Below are positions 9,890 to 19,123 of a DNA stretch of 64,000 nt, one piece after another. The notes under the pieces are model-generated. The model was not told the DNA's origin. It ran no database searches and was given only the letters and a program-made list of their open reading frames with translations. Within the stretch, counting starts at the first letter, position 1; every line of letters starts with the position of its first letter. Source of the stretch: a virus. Where the stretch lies: the IMG/VR virus record IMGVR_UViG_3300038461_000101, positions 24,724-88,723 of that record; one strand, 5' to 3'. Both the position numbers and the translations under genes were made by a program.

Positions 9890-10777
9890 GTGATGCCTAA
9901 AAAAGATGATAAGAACGAAGTGCTAGAAGGTCAGGTTGCTGATGTTCCGGGATCTGAACCACCGGAGCCCGAAGTTCCAACTGAAGCAAGTATCAAGCCA
10001 GACATGGTGAATGTAAAAAATAACGAGATCGTTCCCCATGGAGCAAATGATATTCCAATTCCCAAGGGTGCTACTCCTTTGGAGATGGTCAAGGTCGAAA
10101 CCATTGGCACCTTGAAGCTAAGTGCACATGCTGAAGAAGTGCTCAATCGTAAGATGGAGCCGGAAATAGTGTGCATCCGACCAAACGATGGCATTCTCTA
10201 TATGCCATGGACGTTCTATGCTTCCCGGCTAAACGAGGCTTTTGGTATTGGACATTGGGGCTTGATGCCACAGGGATCCCCTCAGATAACCAAGCAAAGT
10301 CCCAAGCAGGATCTTGTGGTTTGGGGATTTGCTCTCTTTGTCGAAGGAATCTTCATCAGCTTTGCCATTGGCGAGATGTCCTACAATACGACAAATGCTA
10401 AGATGTCCTATGCAGATGCTGCCGAAGGTGCCAAAAGTAATTCCCTGGCCCGTAACTGCAAGAACTTGGGTATGACACTTGAGTTATGGGATAAGGAATG
10501 GTGCGAAGAATGGAAAAGGAAATTCGCAAGGAAAAATGGTGATGATTGGGTCAGGCAGATACCCAAGAAGCCAGTCGATACTATAGCTACCGTGAAGGCA
10601 TTATGGATTGCCCAGGCCATTGATAAGGGTATCCTGATTGACCGCAAGGATGAAGGTGGCTTCAAGATCCTGACTACCTTATTGGGTGAGACCTACACCA
10701 AATTGAGTGATGAAAATCTGGCCGCCAATAAGAAGGCTGGCCTTGAGTTGATCGCCGGGTGGAAACCTTCGCTCTAG
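9890..10777 (+). CDS. Rad52/Mgm101-like single-strand annealing protein
   Basis: IRPNDGILYMPW..Y..RLNEAFGIGHWGLMP and AEGAKSN.L.R.CK.LG...ELWD match the Mgm101/Rad52-22 core. Confidence 0.8.
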   Translation: MMPKKDDKNEVLEGQVADVPGSEPPEPEVPTEASIKPDMVNVKNNEIVPHGANDIPIPKGATPLEMVKVETIGTLKLSAHAEEVLNRKMEPEIVCIRPNDGILYMPWTFYASRLNEAFGIGHWGLMPQGSPQITKQSPKQDLVVWGFALFVEGIFISFAIGEMSYNTTNAKMSYADAAEGAKSNSLARNCKNLGMTLELWDKEWCEEWKRKFARKNGDDWVRQIPKKPVDTIATVKALWIAQAIDKGILIDRKDEGGFKILTTLLGETYTKLSDENLAANKKAGLELIAGWKPSL

Positions 10778-10838
10778 GCGAGTAATTTCCAATTGGAAGA
10801 TAGGGGGATCTTCCATCTTATTATGAGAGGAGCACATT

Positions 10839-11210
10839 ATGTTGGACCATGTATCTTTTGACGGTTTGGTTGTGGCCGGTTCTACCAGATGGTCGAAGCA
10901 CAAGACAAACTTCACCGTGTCTGGTGATTATGCCGCTTGTCCAGAGATTGAGTCTCAGTCCCTGGCACAGTACAAGCGTTCTGAAACTGCAGTGCATGTG
11001 ACAGTCTTTGTCTCTGAAAACGAGAAGATTGAATGTGACGCTTACATCGCTACAGTAGCCACTGACTGGATCCAGGACAAGACCAAGGTTACTTTCTCGG
11101 TCTCTGGTACCAAGAAGTTCGAAGGATCTGCCAGCGTCCTGGGCACCTGGGATGAGAAGGAAGTGCCAGTAACTGTTACGATCGAACCTCTTCAGAAGGC
11201 ATTGGTATGA
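10839..11210 (+). CDS. hypothetical protein
   Basis: GAGGAG RBS. Confidence 0.6.
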   Translation: MLDHVSFDGLVVAGSTRWSKHKTNFTVSGDYAACPEIESQSLAQYKRSETAVHVTVFVSENEKIECDAYIATVATDWIQDKTKVTFSVSGTKKFEGSASVLGTWDEKEVPVTVTIEPLQKALV

Positions 11211-11998
11211 GCTACGGTCTGATCTATGAGCCTCGGGGTGCCGCCCGGGAATATGCTCAGCTGGCCTGTAATGTCTACCATGGTTGCGAACATGGGTGCC
11301 GATATTGTTTCGGCCCCAATGTTCTGCGCCAGGAGAAAACCACATTCCACGAACAGGCTGGAGAACGTCCCAACTTCCTTGTGCAATTGAAGAAGGATGC
11401 TGCAAGGTTACGCGATCAAGGTGTGAAGGGTCAGGTGCATCTTTGCTTTACCACGGATCCTTACCAGCCAATGGATGTGAAGCTCGGAATTACTCGAAGC
11501 ACGATTGAAGTTCTCCATGCAAATGGTTTCAGTGTAGCCATCTTGACCAAGGGAGGTAGTAGATCCCTGAAGGACATTGATTTGTTTGGCCCCACTGATG
11601 CCATGGCAGCCACGATTACCTATGCTAGGGATGAGGACAGTCTGCGCGAAGAACCCAATGCTGCTCTCCCACAGGATCGTCTGGATGCTCTGAAGATATT
11701 CCATAATGCCCATGTTCCCACATGGATCTCCTGTGAACCAGTCCTGGACCCCAAGCAGACCTTGTATTGCATTGAACTGATGCACTATTGGGTGGACCAT
11801 GTGAAGGTTGGAAAACTCAACCATGATCCCAAGCGGGAAGCCACGATTGACTGGTACAAGTTTGCCAAGAATGCAGTGAAATTACTGGAACGCCTGGGCT
11901 ATAAGCGCATTCTGGATCCGGATGATGCAGTCAGGGCCACCAATGATAACCGAACTTTCTATGTGAAGTCCGGGCTTGTCAAATTTCTGGAGGCTTAG
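11207..11998 (+). CDS. radical SAM protein (SPL/Rv2578c-like)
   Basis: NVYHGCEHGCRYCF (CxxxCxxC), TDPYQP, ILTKG, EP.A....RL.AL, SCEP. Confidence 0.85.
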   Translation: MSYGLIYEPRGAAREYAQLACNVYHGCEHGCRYCFGPNVLRQEKTTFHEQAGERPNFLVQLKKDAARLRDQGVKGQVHLCFTTDPYQPMDVKLGITRSTIEVLHANGFSVAILTKGGSRSLKDIDLFGPTDAMAATITYARDEDSLREEPNAALPQDRLDALKIFHNAHVPTWISCEPVLDPKQTLYCIELMHYWVDHVKVGKLNHDPKREATIDWYKFAKNAVKLLERLGYKRILDPDDAVRATNDNRTFYVKSGLVKFLEA

Positions 11999-12229
11999 AT
12001 GGATACCGGTGATGGAAGATTTGCTCCTCTGCAAGTACCTGAAAGCGCAGACAAGCTCTTGGCCGAGCAACAACTTCGAATAGCTCAGGAAGCATTGGAG
12101 GCGCAGTTTACGGGTCACGGTGGATGGTTTCAGGTTGGCGAAATTGTTGTGATCAAAGATAGTCGGTTCCGGGTGAAGTCAATCAAACCAACCGAACTCC
12201 GATTGAAGTTGCTTCCGAAGGAGGGATGA
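11999..12229 (+). CDS. hypothetical protein
   Basis: GGAGG RBS. Confidence 0.6.
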   Translation: MDTGDGRFAPLQVPESADKLLAEQQLRIAQEALEAQFTGHGGWFQVGEIVVIKDSRFRVKSIKPTELRLKLLPKEG

Positions 12230-12630
12230 TGCCAATCAAACCGAAGGGTATTGTTACTCGAAGTAATGACCCCAAAGAAGGCTTTGCCAAGATAGGAGAG
12301 CCTCAGGTTCAGATCGTGGCCTGGTGTCCGGACAAATATGCCAAAGTTCCTCCCACTCAGGTTCACTTCATCATGCACTGGCCGGTCGAACTCTCTGACC
12401 TACCTCCGCTGGTCATTCGCTTCAAAGGCCCGGATACTCTTGGTTTCTTCATCGAAGAACTGATGAAGTATCGCCGGACTGTATGGCCTAATTGTGAAAA
12501 AGTGACCGGAGAGCAATCCCCGGCCTCACTTGAAATGGAACTGCCAGAAGTATGTAATTGCGGTAAACCTTATCCACATTCTGGCTATTGTCCATTCTGT
12601 GGAACCCATCGAAGGGAAGGTGCTGGATGA
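12226..12630 (+). CDS. hypothetical protein with C-terminal Zn ribbon
   Basis: CNCG...YCPFCG. Confidence 0.6.
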   Translation: MMPIKPKGIVTRSNDPKEGFAKIGEPQVQIVAWCPDKYAKVPPTQVHFIMHWPVELSDLPPLVIRFKGPDTLGFFIEELMKYRRTVWPNCEKVTGEQSPASLEMELPEVCNCGKPYPHSGYCPFCGTHRREGAG

Positions 12631-13001
12631 GTTTCTTTCATAAGCATTCCTGGAAACTTACCATCTATGTCTATTCCCGGGAAAAGCGTATGGTTCGGGA
12701 ATGTTATCACTGTCCTGTTGTGCAGTCAGAAGTAGTTGATCGACGTACCGGCCAACGCAGATGGATAGATGGTGATGTGTGGTCAAGGAATGATACGGTC
12801 TATATCGTCTGCGAAAATGAGCAGCAATACCATGCTGTAGCCAACCAGATTGGAATTTTCAATCACCAACGATGTGCTCGGTTGATCAGTACCGATATGC
12901 TCCGAGGAATGCGAGACCCCATCATTATCTTTGCAGGACAGTGGTGGGAGAATGAAATCATCCAGGATCCGTACTTCACGGCCATCCTGAATGGGTTATA
13001 A
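12627..13001 (+). CDS. hypothetical protein
   Basis: ATGA coupling. Confidence 0.55.
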   Translation: MSFFHKHSWKLTIYVYSREKRMVRECYHCPVVQSEVVDRRTGQRRWIDGDVWSRNDTVYIVCENEQQYHAVANQIGIFNHQRCARLISTDMLRGMRDPIIIFAGQWWENEIIQDPYFTAILNGL

Positions 13002-13036
13002 TGCAGCCAATCAGACAGAGAAAAGGAGAATAGAGT

Positions 13037-13372
13037 ATGAATATCAAGTTAGCAGAAGCGTTATTGCGGCGGAAAGAATTGCAAGCTAAGGTGGATCAGC
13101 TCCATACCATCCTCCCGGCACAGCTTTACGAACTGAAGGTTGCTCGGCGCAACATCAATGAGACCGTTGACGACATCACGGCCCAGGTGCCTCGCCTGAA
13201 TGCAGCCCAGGTCACTTCCGAGTATGACTTCTATGCTCGGCAGCTGCGCCTCGTGGATGCGGCCATCCAGCAAGCAAATTGGACGACCACCCTGGAAGTG
13301 GGCGAATCTGTCATGGCTGATTGGTCTGGCCCTGCAGCTGTGCAGGGTTCCACTCTTCCTTTGAAGAAATAG
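13037..13372 (+). CDS. DIP1984-family (DUF6847-like) protein, short form
   Basis: N-terminal KLAEAL..R..LQ..V.QL and C-terminal LR.VDAAIQQANWTT.L signatures; AAGGAG RBS. Confidence 0.75.
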   Translation: MNIKLAEALLRRKELQAKVDQLHTILPAQLYELKVARRNINETVDDITAQVPRLNAAQVTSEYDFYARQLRLVDAAIQQANWTTTLEVGESVMADWSGPAAVQGSTLPLKK

Positions 13373-13375
13373 AAT

Positions 13376-13694
13376 GTTTGGCGGGTCTCTGGTGATTGAG
13401 AGTGCGTTGGGTAAAGGCCGCTCGGAGCCTAAATCCGTAGGGAATGGCCGTTCCCATAGCGAACTGAAGCAGAACAGTAAACCTGCGCCTCCAATGCTAA
13501 TGGAGCATTCGAAATGTCCACCACGTTGGGCACTTTGAACCGGGCACCGGTTGCCTTGAAGCCGGGTAACTCCGATTATCCTAACCACTACTCTTTCATA
13601 TCCGATTGGCCGACTGTGATTATCTGAGAACTCCGACTGTGATCCAGCCCGACTAACCAAGCCCAGGCTCTCTTTCACCAGAGACCCGCCAAAC
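13376..13694 (+). ncRNA. putative structured ncRNA (~320 nt) of unknown family
   Basis: Perfect 20-bp inverted repeat GTTTGGCGGGTCTCTGGTGA (13376-13395) / TCACCAGAGACCCGCCAAAC (13675-13694), internal hairpins, five CCGAYT repeats, followed by a terminator. Confidence 0.65.
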
Positions 13695-13706
13695 CCATAT
13701 AATCAA

Positions 13707-13740
13707 AACCGCCTCCAGCAATGGAGGCGGTTCTTATTTT
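13707..13740. terminator. intrinsic terminator between convergent operons (likely bidirectional)
   Basis: AACCGCCTCCA-GCAA-TGGAGGCGGTT hairpin with a T-rich tail on + and an A-run upstream. Confidence 0.8.
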
Positions 13741-13759
13741 AGTGCTAGATCAAAATTAT

Positions 13760-14176
13760 CTAATGAATACCCTTGGGGCCGGTTGCACCAGTTGGACCCT
13801 GAGGATAGATCTTGGAATGATATTTGGTAAGCACTTGCATATTGCGCTTCAAGACTGCCACTTGGACATCAACAGGTTGTGGCAGGATCATGAAGACTGG
13901 CTGGTTCACGATAATGAACATGAGCATGGTGGCAACGTAGGTAGACCATGTTACCGGCTGAGTGGCCGTGATCACACCAAGTTGGATCAGCAAGGTGATC
14001 ACAGCTCCGGTCGCCAGAGTCACGCCGAGCATAATTAGGCTCTTATAGCCAGCCAGGAGCCCTGCATACCAGACCCGGAAGACCGGGATCCAGGCAAAGG
14101 TGGCTGCCAGCACCAGGCCAGCGATCGCTGCAATACCAACGGGGGTAAAACTTACGGGCGGAATTACGATATTCAT
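13760..14176 (-). CDS. holin-like membrane protein
   Basis: 2-3 TM segments, last gene of the lysis cassette, AAGGAG RBS. Confidence 0.6.
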   Translation of the reverse strand: MNIVIPPVSFTPVGIAAIAGLVLAATFAWIPVFRVWYAGLLAGYKSLIMLGVTLATGAVITLLIQLGVITATQPVTWSTYVATMLMFIIVNQPVFMILPQPVDVQVAVLKRNMQVLTKYHSKIYPQGPTGATGPKGIH

Positions 14177-14230
14177 TTTGCTCTCCTTTACTATATCCGG
14201 CCATGGCCGGTTGACAAACCGTTTACACAA

Positions 14231-14611
14231 TCATACCCCTTTTAGCAGAACGTGAATGACCAATAGGACAAACGAGATGGAGCTGATGACAAAGCCCCCA
14301 ACGGCCAATCCAGTTGCCAGGTTGACAGACTTCGTTGATGCTTTTGTGTCTAACGTCAACTTGAAGTCTTGTAGGGAACGTATCTCTAGCTCAATTTGTT
14401 TTTGATATAACTCATGTGACTCCTTGGTGAAATAGGTAGCACGCTGATCGCGCAGGGCTTCCCGCAATTCATTCATGCCATCAAGCCGCTTGTCCATTGC
14501 TGCAAGTGCGAGTCTACGAGCTTCTTCCATGGAGTCTATTCGTGTTTTGAATAATTCCTCCACCTTGGAGATCCATAAGGTAAAGAACTTCTCCAATGCA
14601 AGCAAAGTCAT
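14231..14611 (-). CDS. coiled-coil protein with C-terminal TM (lysis-associated)
   Basis: GGAGG RBS before MTLLALE; C-terminal hydrophobic helix. Confidence 0.55.
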   Translation of the reverse strand: MTLLALEKFFTLWISKVEELFKTRIDSMEEARRLALAAMDKRLDGMNELREALRDQRATYFTKESHELYQKQIELEIRSLQDFKLTLDTKASTKSVNLATGLAVGGFVISSISFVLLVIHVLLKGV

Positions 14612-14642
14612 GCCTCCTACATGCTCAGGTTTACAACTTGGA

Positions 14643-15488
14643 TCAGGGTTTGACATAGCTCCATCCTGCTGGCATAACATGCCCACAATTTGGACAAAGA
14701 AGTGCTGGAGTAGGTGGTGGTGGTACAACTGGAGCCGGAAGAGTTTTCGCCCAATCAATATCCAGAGACTTGCCTTCGCCTATTCCGGGTGGTGTCGGCC
14801 AGATTGGGATGGCATTTCCATTACCAGCATATTGCCACTTATCCCAATCTTTCCAGGGGGGAGGAACCTTGATGTATTGCTGTGCAGCATACCAGGCCAG
14901 CCAGAACTTATAGGCAGCCCAACCGGGATCGGGTGTCATCCACTGTAGCCAGTAGTAATAGCCGCTATAGATGTCAGGGGTCAATCCCAATCCTTTCTGA
15001 ACACCAGTGAGCCAGTTCCAGACGTTGCCTTCAACAACAGCCCTGCTCATGGTCAATGGTTGGCTCAGGCTCATCAACCTGTATTTCAAGGGCCTTCGAG
15101 GAGAACCGATCAGTCTGCGTGTTTTGGGCATTACGTCGATGATCACGCCTCGGTTGCCACCATACTTGGTTGCATAATTGGTGGGATCCATTTCAAGGTC
15201 GAGTACAGGGGCTGCCTGACCTGGATCTGGTTTCATCAACGAAATGAAGAAGGCAGTCTGGAGAGGAAGAGAGAAACGCCAGTCAAGGAAGGCGTATCCG
15301 CCCCATGGCAATCCAACTGCTTCTGCACCAGCTCGGTATTCCAGGAAGCGTTTGTCGATATTCGTACCCCAACAAACACGCAGATAGACGAAACTGTAAA
15401 GAGCCTTGAGCTTTACAAAGTCTACCGGCCCGTTGTATTCCGAAAGATCACAGAAAGCATAATAGGCCGCCAAATCAGTTGGGTTCAT
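14643..15488 (-). CDS. GH25 muramidase endolysin
   Basis: DLSEYNG, D.RF, GGYAF, PVLDLE, WLAWY, WQY motifs. Confidence 0.85.
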   Translation of the reverse strand: MNPTDLAAYYAFCDLSEYNGPVDFVKLKALYSFVYLRVCWGTNIDKRFLEYRAGAEAVGLPWGGYAFLDWRFSLPLQTAFFISLMKPDPGQAAPVLDLEMDPTNYATKYGGNRGVIIDVMPKTRRLIGSPRRPLKYRLMSLSQPLTMSRAVVEGNVWNWLTGVQKGLGLTPDIYSGYYYWLQWMTPDPGWAAYKFWLAWYAAQQYIKVPPPWKDWDKWQYAGNGNAIPIWPTPPGIGEGKSLDIDWAKTLPAPVVPPPPTPALLCPNCGHVMPAGWSYVKP

Positions 15489-16225
15489 AATGCCTTCAGA
15501 TCTGCCAGTAACTGGCTGTAATTGAAACCGGGCGCATATTCTGGCTTCAGGGCTTCTTCAGGGAGGATGGCATATGCCTCCTCCACACAGCAGTCCCACC
15601 AGGACCAGGTTGCCCGTTGAACAGCACCCCAGGTAAGGACACTGACGCTGGAGCTGTCATAGGTGGTGGCAAAGACTGCATGACCATCTTGCGTCAATGG
15701 CCCCGGAGTCCATTCTTTACCTTCATTGAAGTCCTTGATGCAGTTTTCCTGCACCTGGAACCCAATATATACCCCACCATATAACCAGTTTGCCAACATG
15801 ATCTGGTCATGGTTTGTGGGCTTGATGCTAACAAAGGCACCAATCTTTTCACCAAAGACCGAATGCTTACGGATGTAATTCAATACATCCAACTCGTTTA
15901 GCCCATTATCTATACCATGGGCCAACCAGAGATACTTGGCGATAACGCTCCGGGATGAAGCAATTTCTTTCTTTCCCAGGAGCCCATGGTAGATCGTAGA
16001 CGCATGGGCTACACCAGCGAACGTACAGTCCCCGTACCGATCATTTCCATCCATTGGAAAAAGCACGGATGGATCTGAGATCTTCAAGTTCTGGTACACC
16101 CGGGTAAGAGAACTATATGCAGTTGGGGGTGTTGGGAAAGTCACTCCAAGATAATTCTCAAAGTTCAGGGTACGGTAATGGGGATCGTTCTTTACAGCCA
16201 ACTTGCCAAACTTCAGGTCGTTCAT
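15485..16225 (-). CDS. papain-like cysteine peptidase
   Basis: GND.YGDC..AG (Cys), GHAV (His), TWG. Confidence 0.65.
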   Translation of the reverse strand: MNDLKFGKLAVKNDPHYRTLNFENYLGVTFPTPPTAYSSLTRVYQNLKISDPSVLFPMDGNDRYGDCTFAGVAHASTIYHGLLGKKEIASSRSVIAKYLWLAHGIDNGLNELDVLNYIRKHSVFGEKIGAFVSIKPTNHDQIMLANWLYGGVYIGFQVQENCIKDFNEGKEWTPGPLTQDGHAVFATTYDSSSVSVLTWGAVQRATWSWWDCCVEEAYAILPEEALKPEYAPGFNYSQLLADLKAL

Positions 16226-16449
16226 TGAGGTTCCTCCTTATAGGGTGCTACTTGGAACTGGACAACGATTAGGCTTCCAGAGATATTGCCGACCGTCATT
16301 GGTGCCAGGGCTGGTACAGCGGCATGTGTCCAGCCAGTTTTCCGACAGAGCTCAATGTACATCTGATTGAACTCGTCAGCCGTGTAGGTCTTCTTTTCTC
16401 TGAGGACTTTTGCTACTGCTTCCTCGATCTGCGGAGTTTTCTTATCCAT
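16222..16449 (-). CDS. hypothetical protein
   Basis: AAAGGA RBS; ATGA coupling. Confidence 0.55.
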   Translation of the reverse strand: MDKKTPQIEEAVAKVLREKKTYTADEFNQMYIELCRKTGWTHAAVPALAPMTVGNISGSLIVVQFQVAPYKEEPQ

Positions 16450-16460
16450 ATATATCCTTT

Positions 16461-18014
16461 CTATGAGGCGAATGCGCCAACACTGGCGGCTGCAGGAAGT
16501 CTGCGGCTGCGCCAATAACTGCCAAAGAGTGGGCTAATCGAACCAGTTGTTGCAGTAGCTTGGATCTTCAATGAAGTACCTGCATTATTCTTTAGCCAGA
16601 TTTTGAAGTGAGCATAATGTGTAGCGGCTGATAGAGAAGCTGTCGTAATTGTATATACTGCTGAAGTAGTCATTGCTTGAGCCTCAAGCATTGTAGCAGT
16701 TCCTGGAACTGCAGTCACACCAACAACCGGTGACATCTCAAAGAACACATTCATCTCGGTTGGTGCACCACTATTGGTCAACGTCCATACAATGGTAGAT
16801 GCAGTGACCTTAGTAAACCATAATTCAATCTCGATTAAGTAATAGGCACTGGCTACCAGTGGGATGTTTGATGTCGTTCCAAAGAAGTTGGCAATGGTTG
16901 TTATCGAACCTGCTGAACTTTGCAGACTAAAGAATTGCTCAACAGGGATAATGCCACGGCCAGAGGTTACTTCATTGGTCATGTAGGAGTTGATGGAGTC
17001 ATATTCTCGGGCTCCAGCCACCTGAGCAGAGAGAAGAATACCCGTTCCTTGGTAATAGGCAGGAGCCTGACCTGCAGTAGCGGTTCCAACCATGAATTTG
17101 ACAGTACCCGTAAAGATAGCACCAGCTAGGAGAGCGCAAGCCAATAAGGTTTGTGCCTGAGCTACGGTCATGGCGATAATGTCGCCTGTAGCAATTCTTC
17201 CTACAAAAGTGCTGGCCGGGACAGACATGGCAACTGGAGCCGCAGATCCTGATGTGTTATTTACTACCACTGTATCGGTAGCAATCGTTCCAAGATCACC
17301 AATCATATAAGCCAGAAGAGTTTTTGCCTGAGTAACTGTCATGGCTATGATGTTGCCAGATGCGATGCGGCCAACAAAAGTACTCGCTGCAACCGCCACA
17401 GCAGTAATAACGGCTGAACCGGCAGTGGCATTTGCCATAATGGTATTTGCAGCAACTGCAGCAAGATCACCGACCGCATATGCAAGTAAGGTTTTTGCAT
17501 TTGCCACAGACATGGCCGTGACACTACCGGAAGCCAAACGTCCTACGAAAGTGCTGGCAGCAATTGCGATCGCTGCTGGAGCTGCAGCACCTCCTGTATT
17601 ATTTCCCATCAGGGTAGCATCAGCTACTGTGGCAAAATCTGCAAAGGTATAAGCCAACATCGTCTTTTGTTGGGCAACGGTAAGGGCAACAACATGGCCT
17701 CCAGTAATGCGACCTATCACGGTTTGGGCTGGAACTGCGATTGCTACTGGTGCTGCATCCCCTGCTGTATTGTTGGCAAGAACAGTATCCGTGGCAATTA
17801 CTGCCAGATCTCCAATGGCATAGGCAAGAAGGGTTTTGACCTGAGCAACTGAAAGGTCATCTATATGGCCCCCGGTAATGCGTCCAAGCAGGGTCTGCTC
17901 AGCAAGGGTTACTGCTGAGGGAACTGCTGCACTGGCTGTGGCGTTGGCAAGGACTGTATCAGCTGCTTGCGTGTAAAGTTGCTTTAGCTTGATGCCTGTT
18001 GGTGTCGCTGGCAT
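16461..18014 (-). CDS. tail fibre-like protein with five 57-aa repeats
   Basis: Repeat T..AN.T...A.P.A......T..GRI..G...A.TVAQ.KTLLAY..GD; Ala/Thr-rich; in the tail module. Confidence 0.7.
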   Translation of the reverse strand: MPATPTGIKLKQLYTQAADTVLANATASAAVPSAVTLAEQTLLGRITGGHIDDLSVAQVKTLLAYAIGDLAVIATDTVLANNTAGDAAPVAIAVPAQTVIGRITGGHVVALTVAQQKTMLAYTFADFATVADATLMGNNTGGAAAPAAIAIAASTFVGRLASGSVTAMSVANAKTLLAYAVGDLAAVAANTIMANATAGSAVITAVAVAASTFVGRIASGNIIAMTVTQAKTLLAYMIGDLGTIATDTVVVNNTSGSAAPVAMSVPASTFVGRIATGDIIAMTVAQAQTLLACALLAGAIFTGTVKFMVGTATAGQAPAYYQGTGILLSAQVAGAREYDSINSYMTNEVTSGRGIIPVEQFFSLQSSAGSITTIANFFGTTSNIPLVASAYYLIEIELWFTKVTASTIVWTLTNSGAPTEMNVFFEMSPVVGVTAVPGTATMLEAQAMTTSAVYTITTASLSAATHYAHFKIWLKNNAGTSLKIQATATTGSISPLFGSYWRSRRLPAAASVGAFAS

Positions 18015-19122
18015 TGGGATATTCCTTTTTTAGCCAATTCATATTGGTCTTTTCTGGATACTCTTTGTTCCATCCTTCCTTCTCCAGAAGGGAAGACAAT
18101 CTATTGAAATACTCTCTATACATCATGCCACAGTGATCCATGGAAAAGTTGGCAATTGCATATTTTCGAATGACTTTGGGTTCAAAGTTTTCCAGATGTT
18201 GAGCTGCCCAAACAAAGTCATCTCTTACTGCACATCGCCAACCAGTTACTCCATGAATGATGGTCTCGGGATACACCCCAAAGTTGGATACGATCACTGG
18301 TGTTCCCGACATAGCTGCTTCGATAGTAACTCCCCCGAATGGTTCAAGATAGATGGTAGGCGAGAAGACTGCCTGGGCCTCGGCCAGGAGTTTTGCACGC
18401 TGTTTTGGATCATTGATCGGACCGAGGAACTCGATGTTTTTCCAATTGGAAAGTTCGACATCTTCCAGCTTTCCCTGACCGGCTATGACCAATTTCTTCC
18501 CAAGCTGCTTGCAAATATCGGCTGCAATGTTGATACCCTTGCGATAGATCAACCGGCCAAGGTAAAGGAAGTAATCTTCTCGCTTGTCGGCAACGTAGAA
18601 GGCACGTGGATCAAAGTAATTGGGGATAACAGTGTCGAACCAGCGTCCGTTCTCGATCCCCTGCTTTCCATAGATGAAGTTCATCCAGGCATTACTTTCA
18701 AAGACAACATAGGGGGCAAAGGTTCCTGGATAACCCACGCCCGATTCTACCTGTAGGGGATAATCGGTCAGCCCACGGCTGATGTCGATCTGTCCAAAGG
18801 GGTAAAGGATTATGTCCTGGGGAGTTGAGTTGGCTCGGATCTCCCGAATGGCATTGATATTGAAGAGGCGGGAAGCATCAGTTTCATCAATGTTATAGAA
18901 GTCTTCTGGCTTGACGTTCCCATAATCAATATCCCAATGCTTTCGAGAAAGAACCGTGATGTGCTTGCAACCAACTTCAGCCCCTTCAGTTCCATAATGG
19001 ATTACTTCGAACCCCTCCTTTGGAAGCATCTTGCTGAGTTTCCAAACCTTCTGAGTATAGGCGCAGGTTTGCCACTTAGGAGAGGTGATTGTATGTGGAA
19101 GTCCGATCAGGTGAATTTTCAT
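17959..19122 (-). CDS. GT4 (GT-B) glycosyltransferase
   Basis: FLYLGRLIYRKG, EPFGGVTIEAAMSGTPVI. Confidence 0.88.
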   Translation of the reverse strand: MKIHLIGLPHTITSPKWQTCAYTQKVWKLSKMLPKEGFEVIHYGTEGAEVGCKHITVLSRKHWDIDYGNVKPEDFYNIDETDASRLFNINAIREIRANSTPQDIILYPFGQIDISRGLTDYPLQVESGVGYPGTFAPYVVFESNAWMNFIYGKQGIENGRWFDTVIPNYFDPRAFYVADKREDYFLYLGRLIYRKGINIAADICKQLGKKLVIAGQGKLEDVELSNWKNIEFLGPINDPKQRAKLLAEAQAVFSPTIYLEPFGGVTIEAAMSGTPVIVSNFGVYPETIIHGVTGWRCAVRDDFVWAAQHLENFEPKVIRKYAIANFSMDHCGMMYREYFNRLSSLLEKEGWNKEYPEKTNMNWLKKEYPNASDTNRHQAKATLHASS

Positions 19123-19123
19123 T

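Noticed and set aside
13560-13660. Repeats considered as a mini-CRISPR array
   Set aside because: Repeats are only 6-11 nt with irregular spacing, there are no spacer-sized unique units, and no cas genes.
13061-13678. 205-aa minus-strand ORF covering the putative ncRNA
   Set aside because: Antisense to the DIP1984-like gene, no RBS, lies beyond the terminator of the leftward operon, and the composition is not protein-like.
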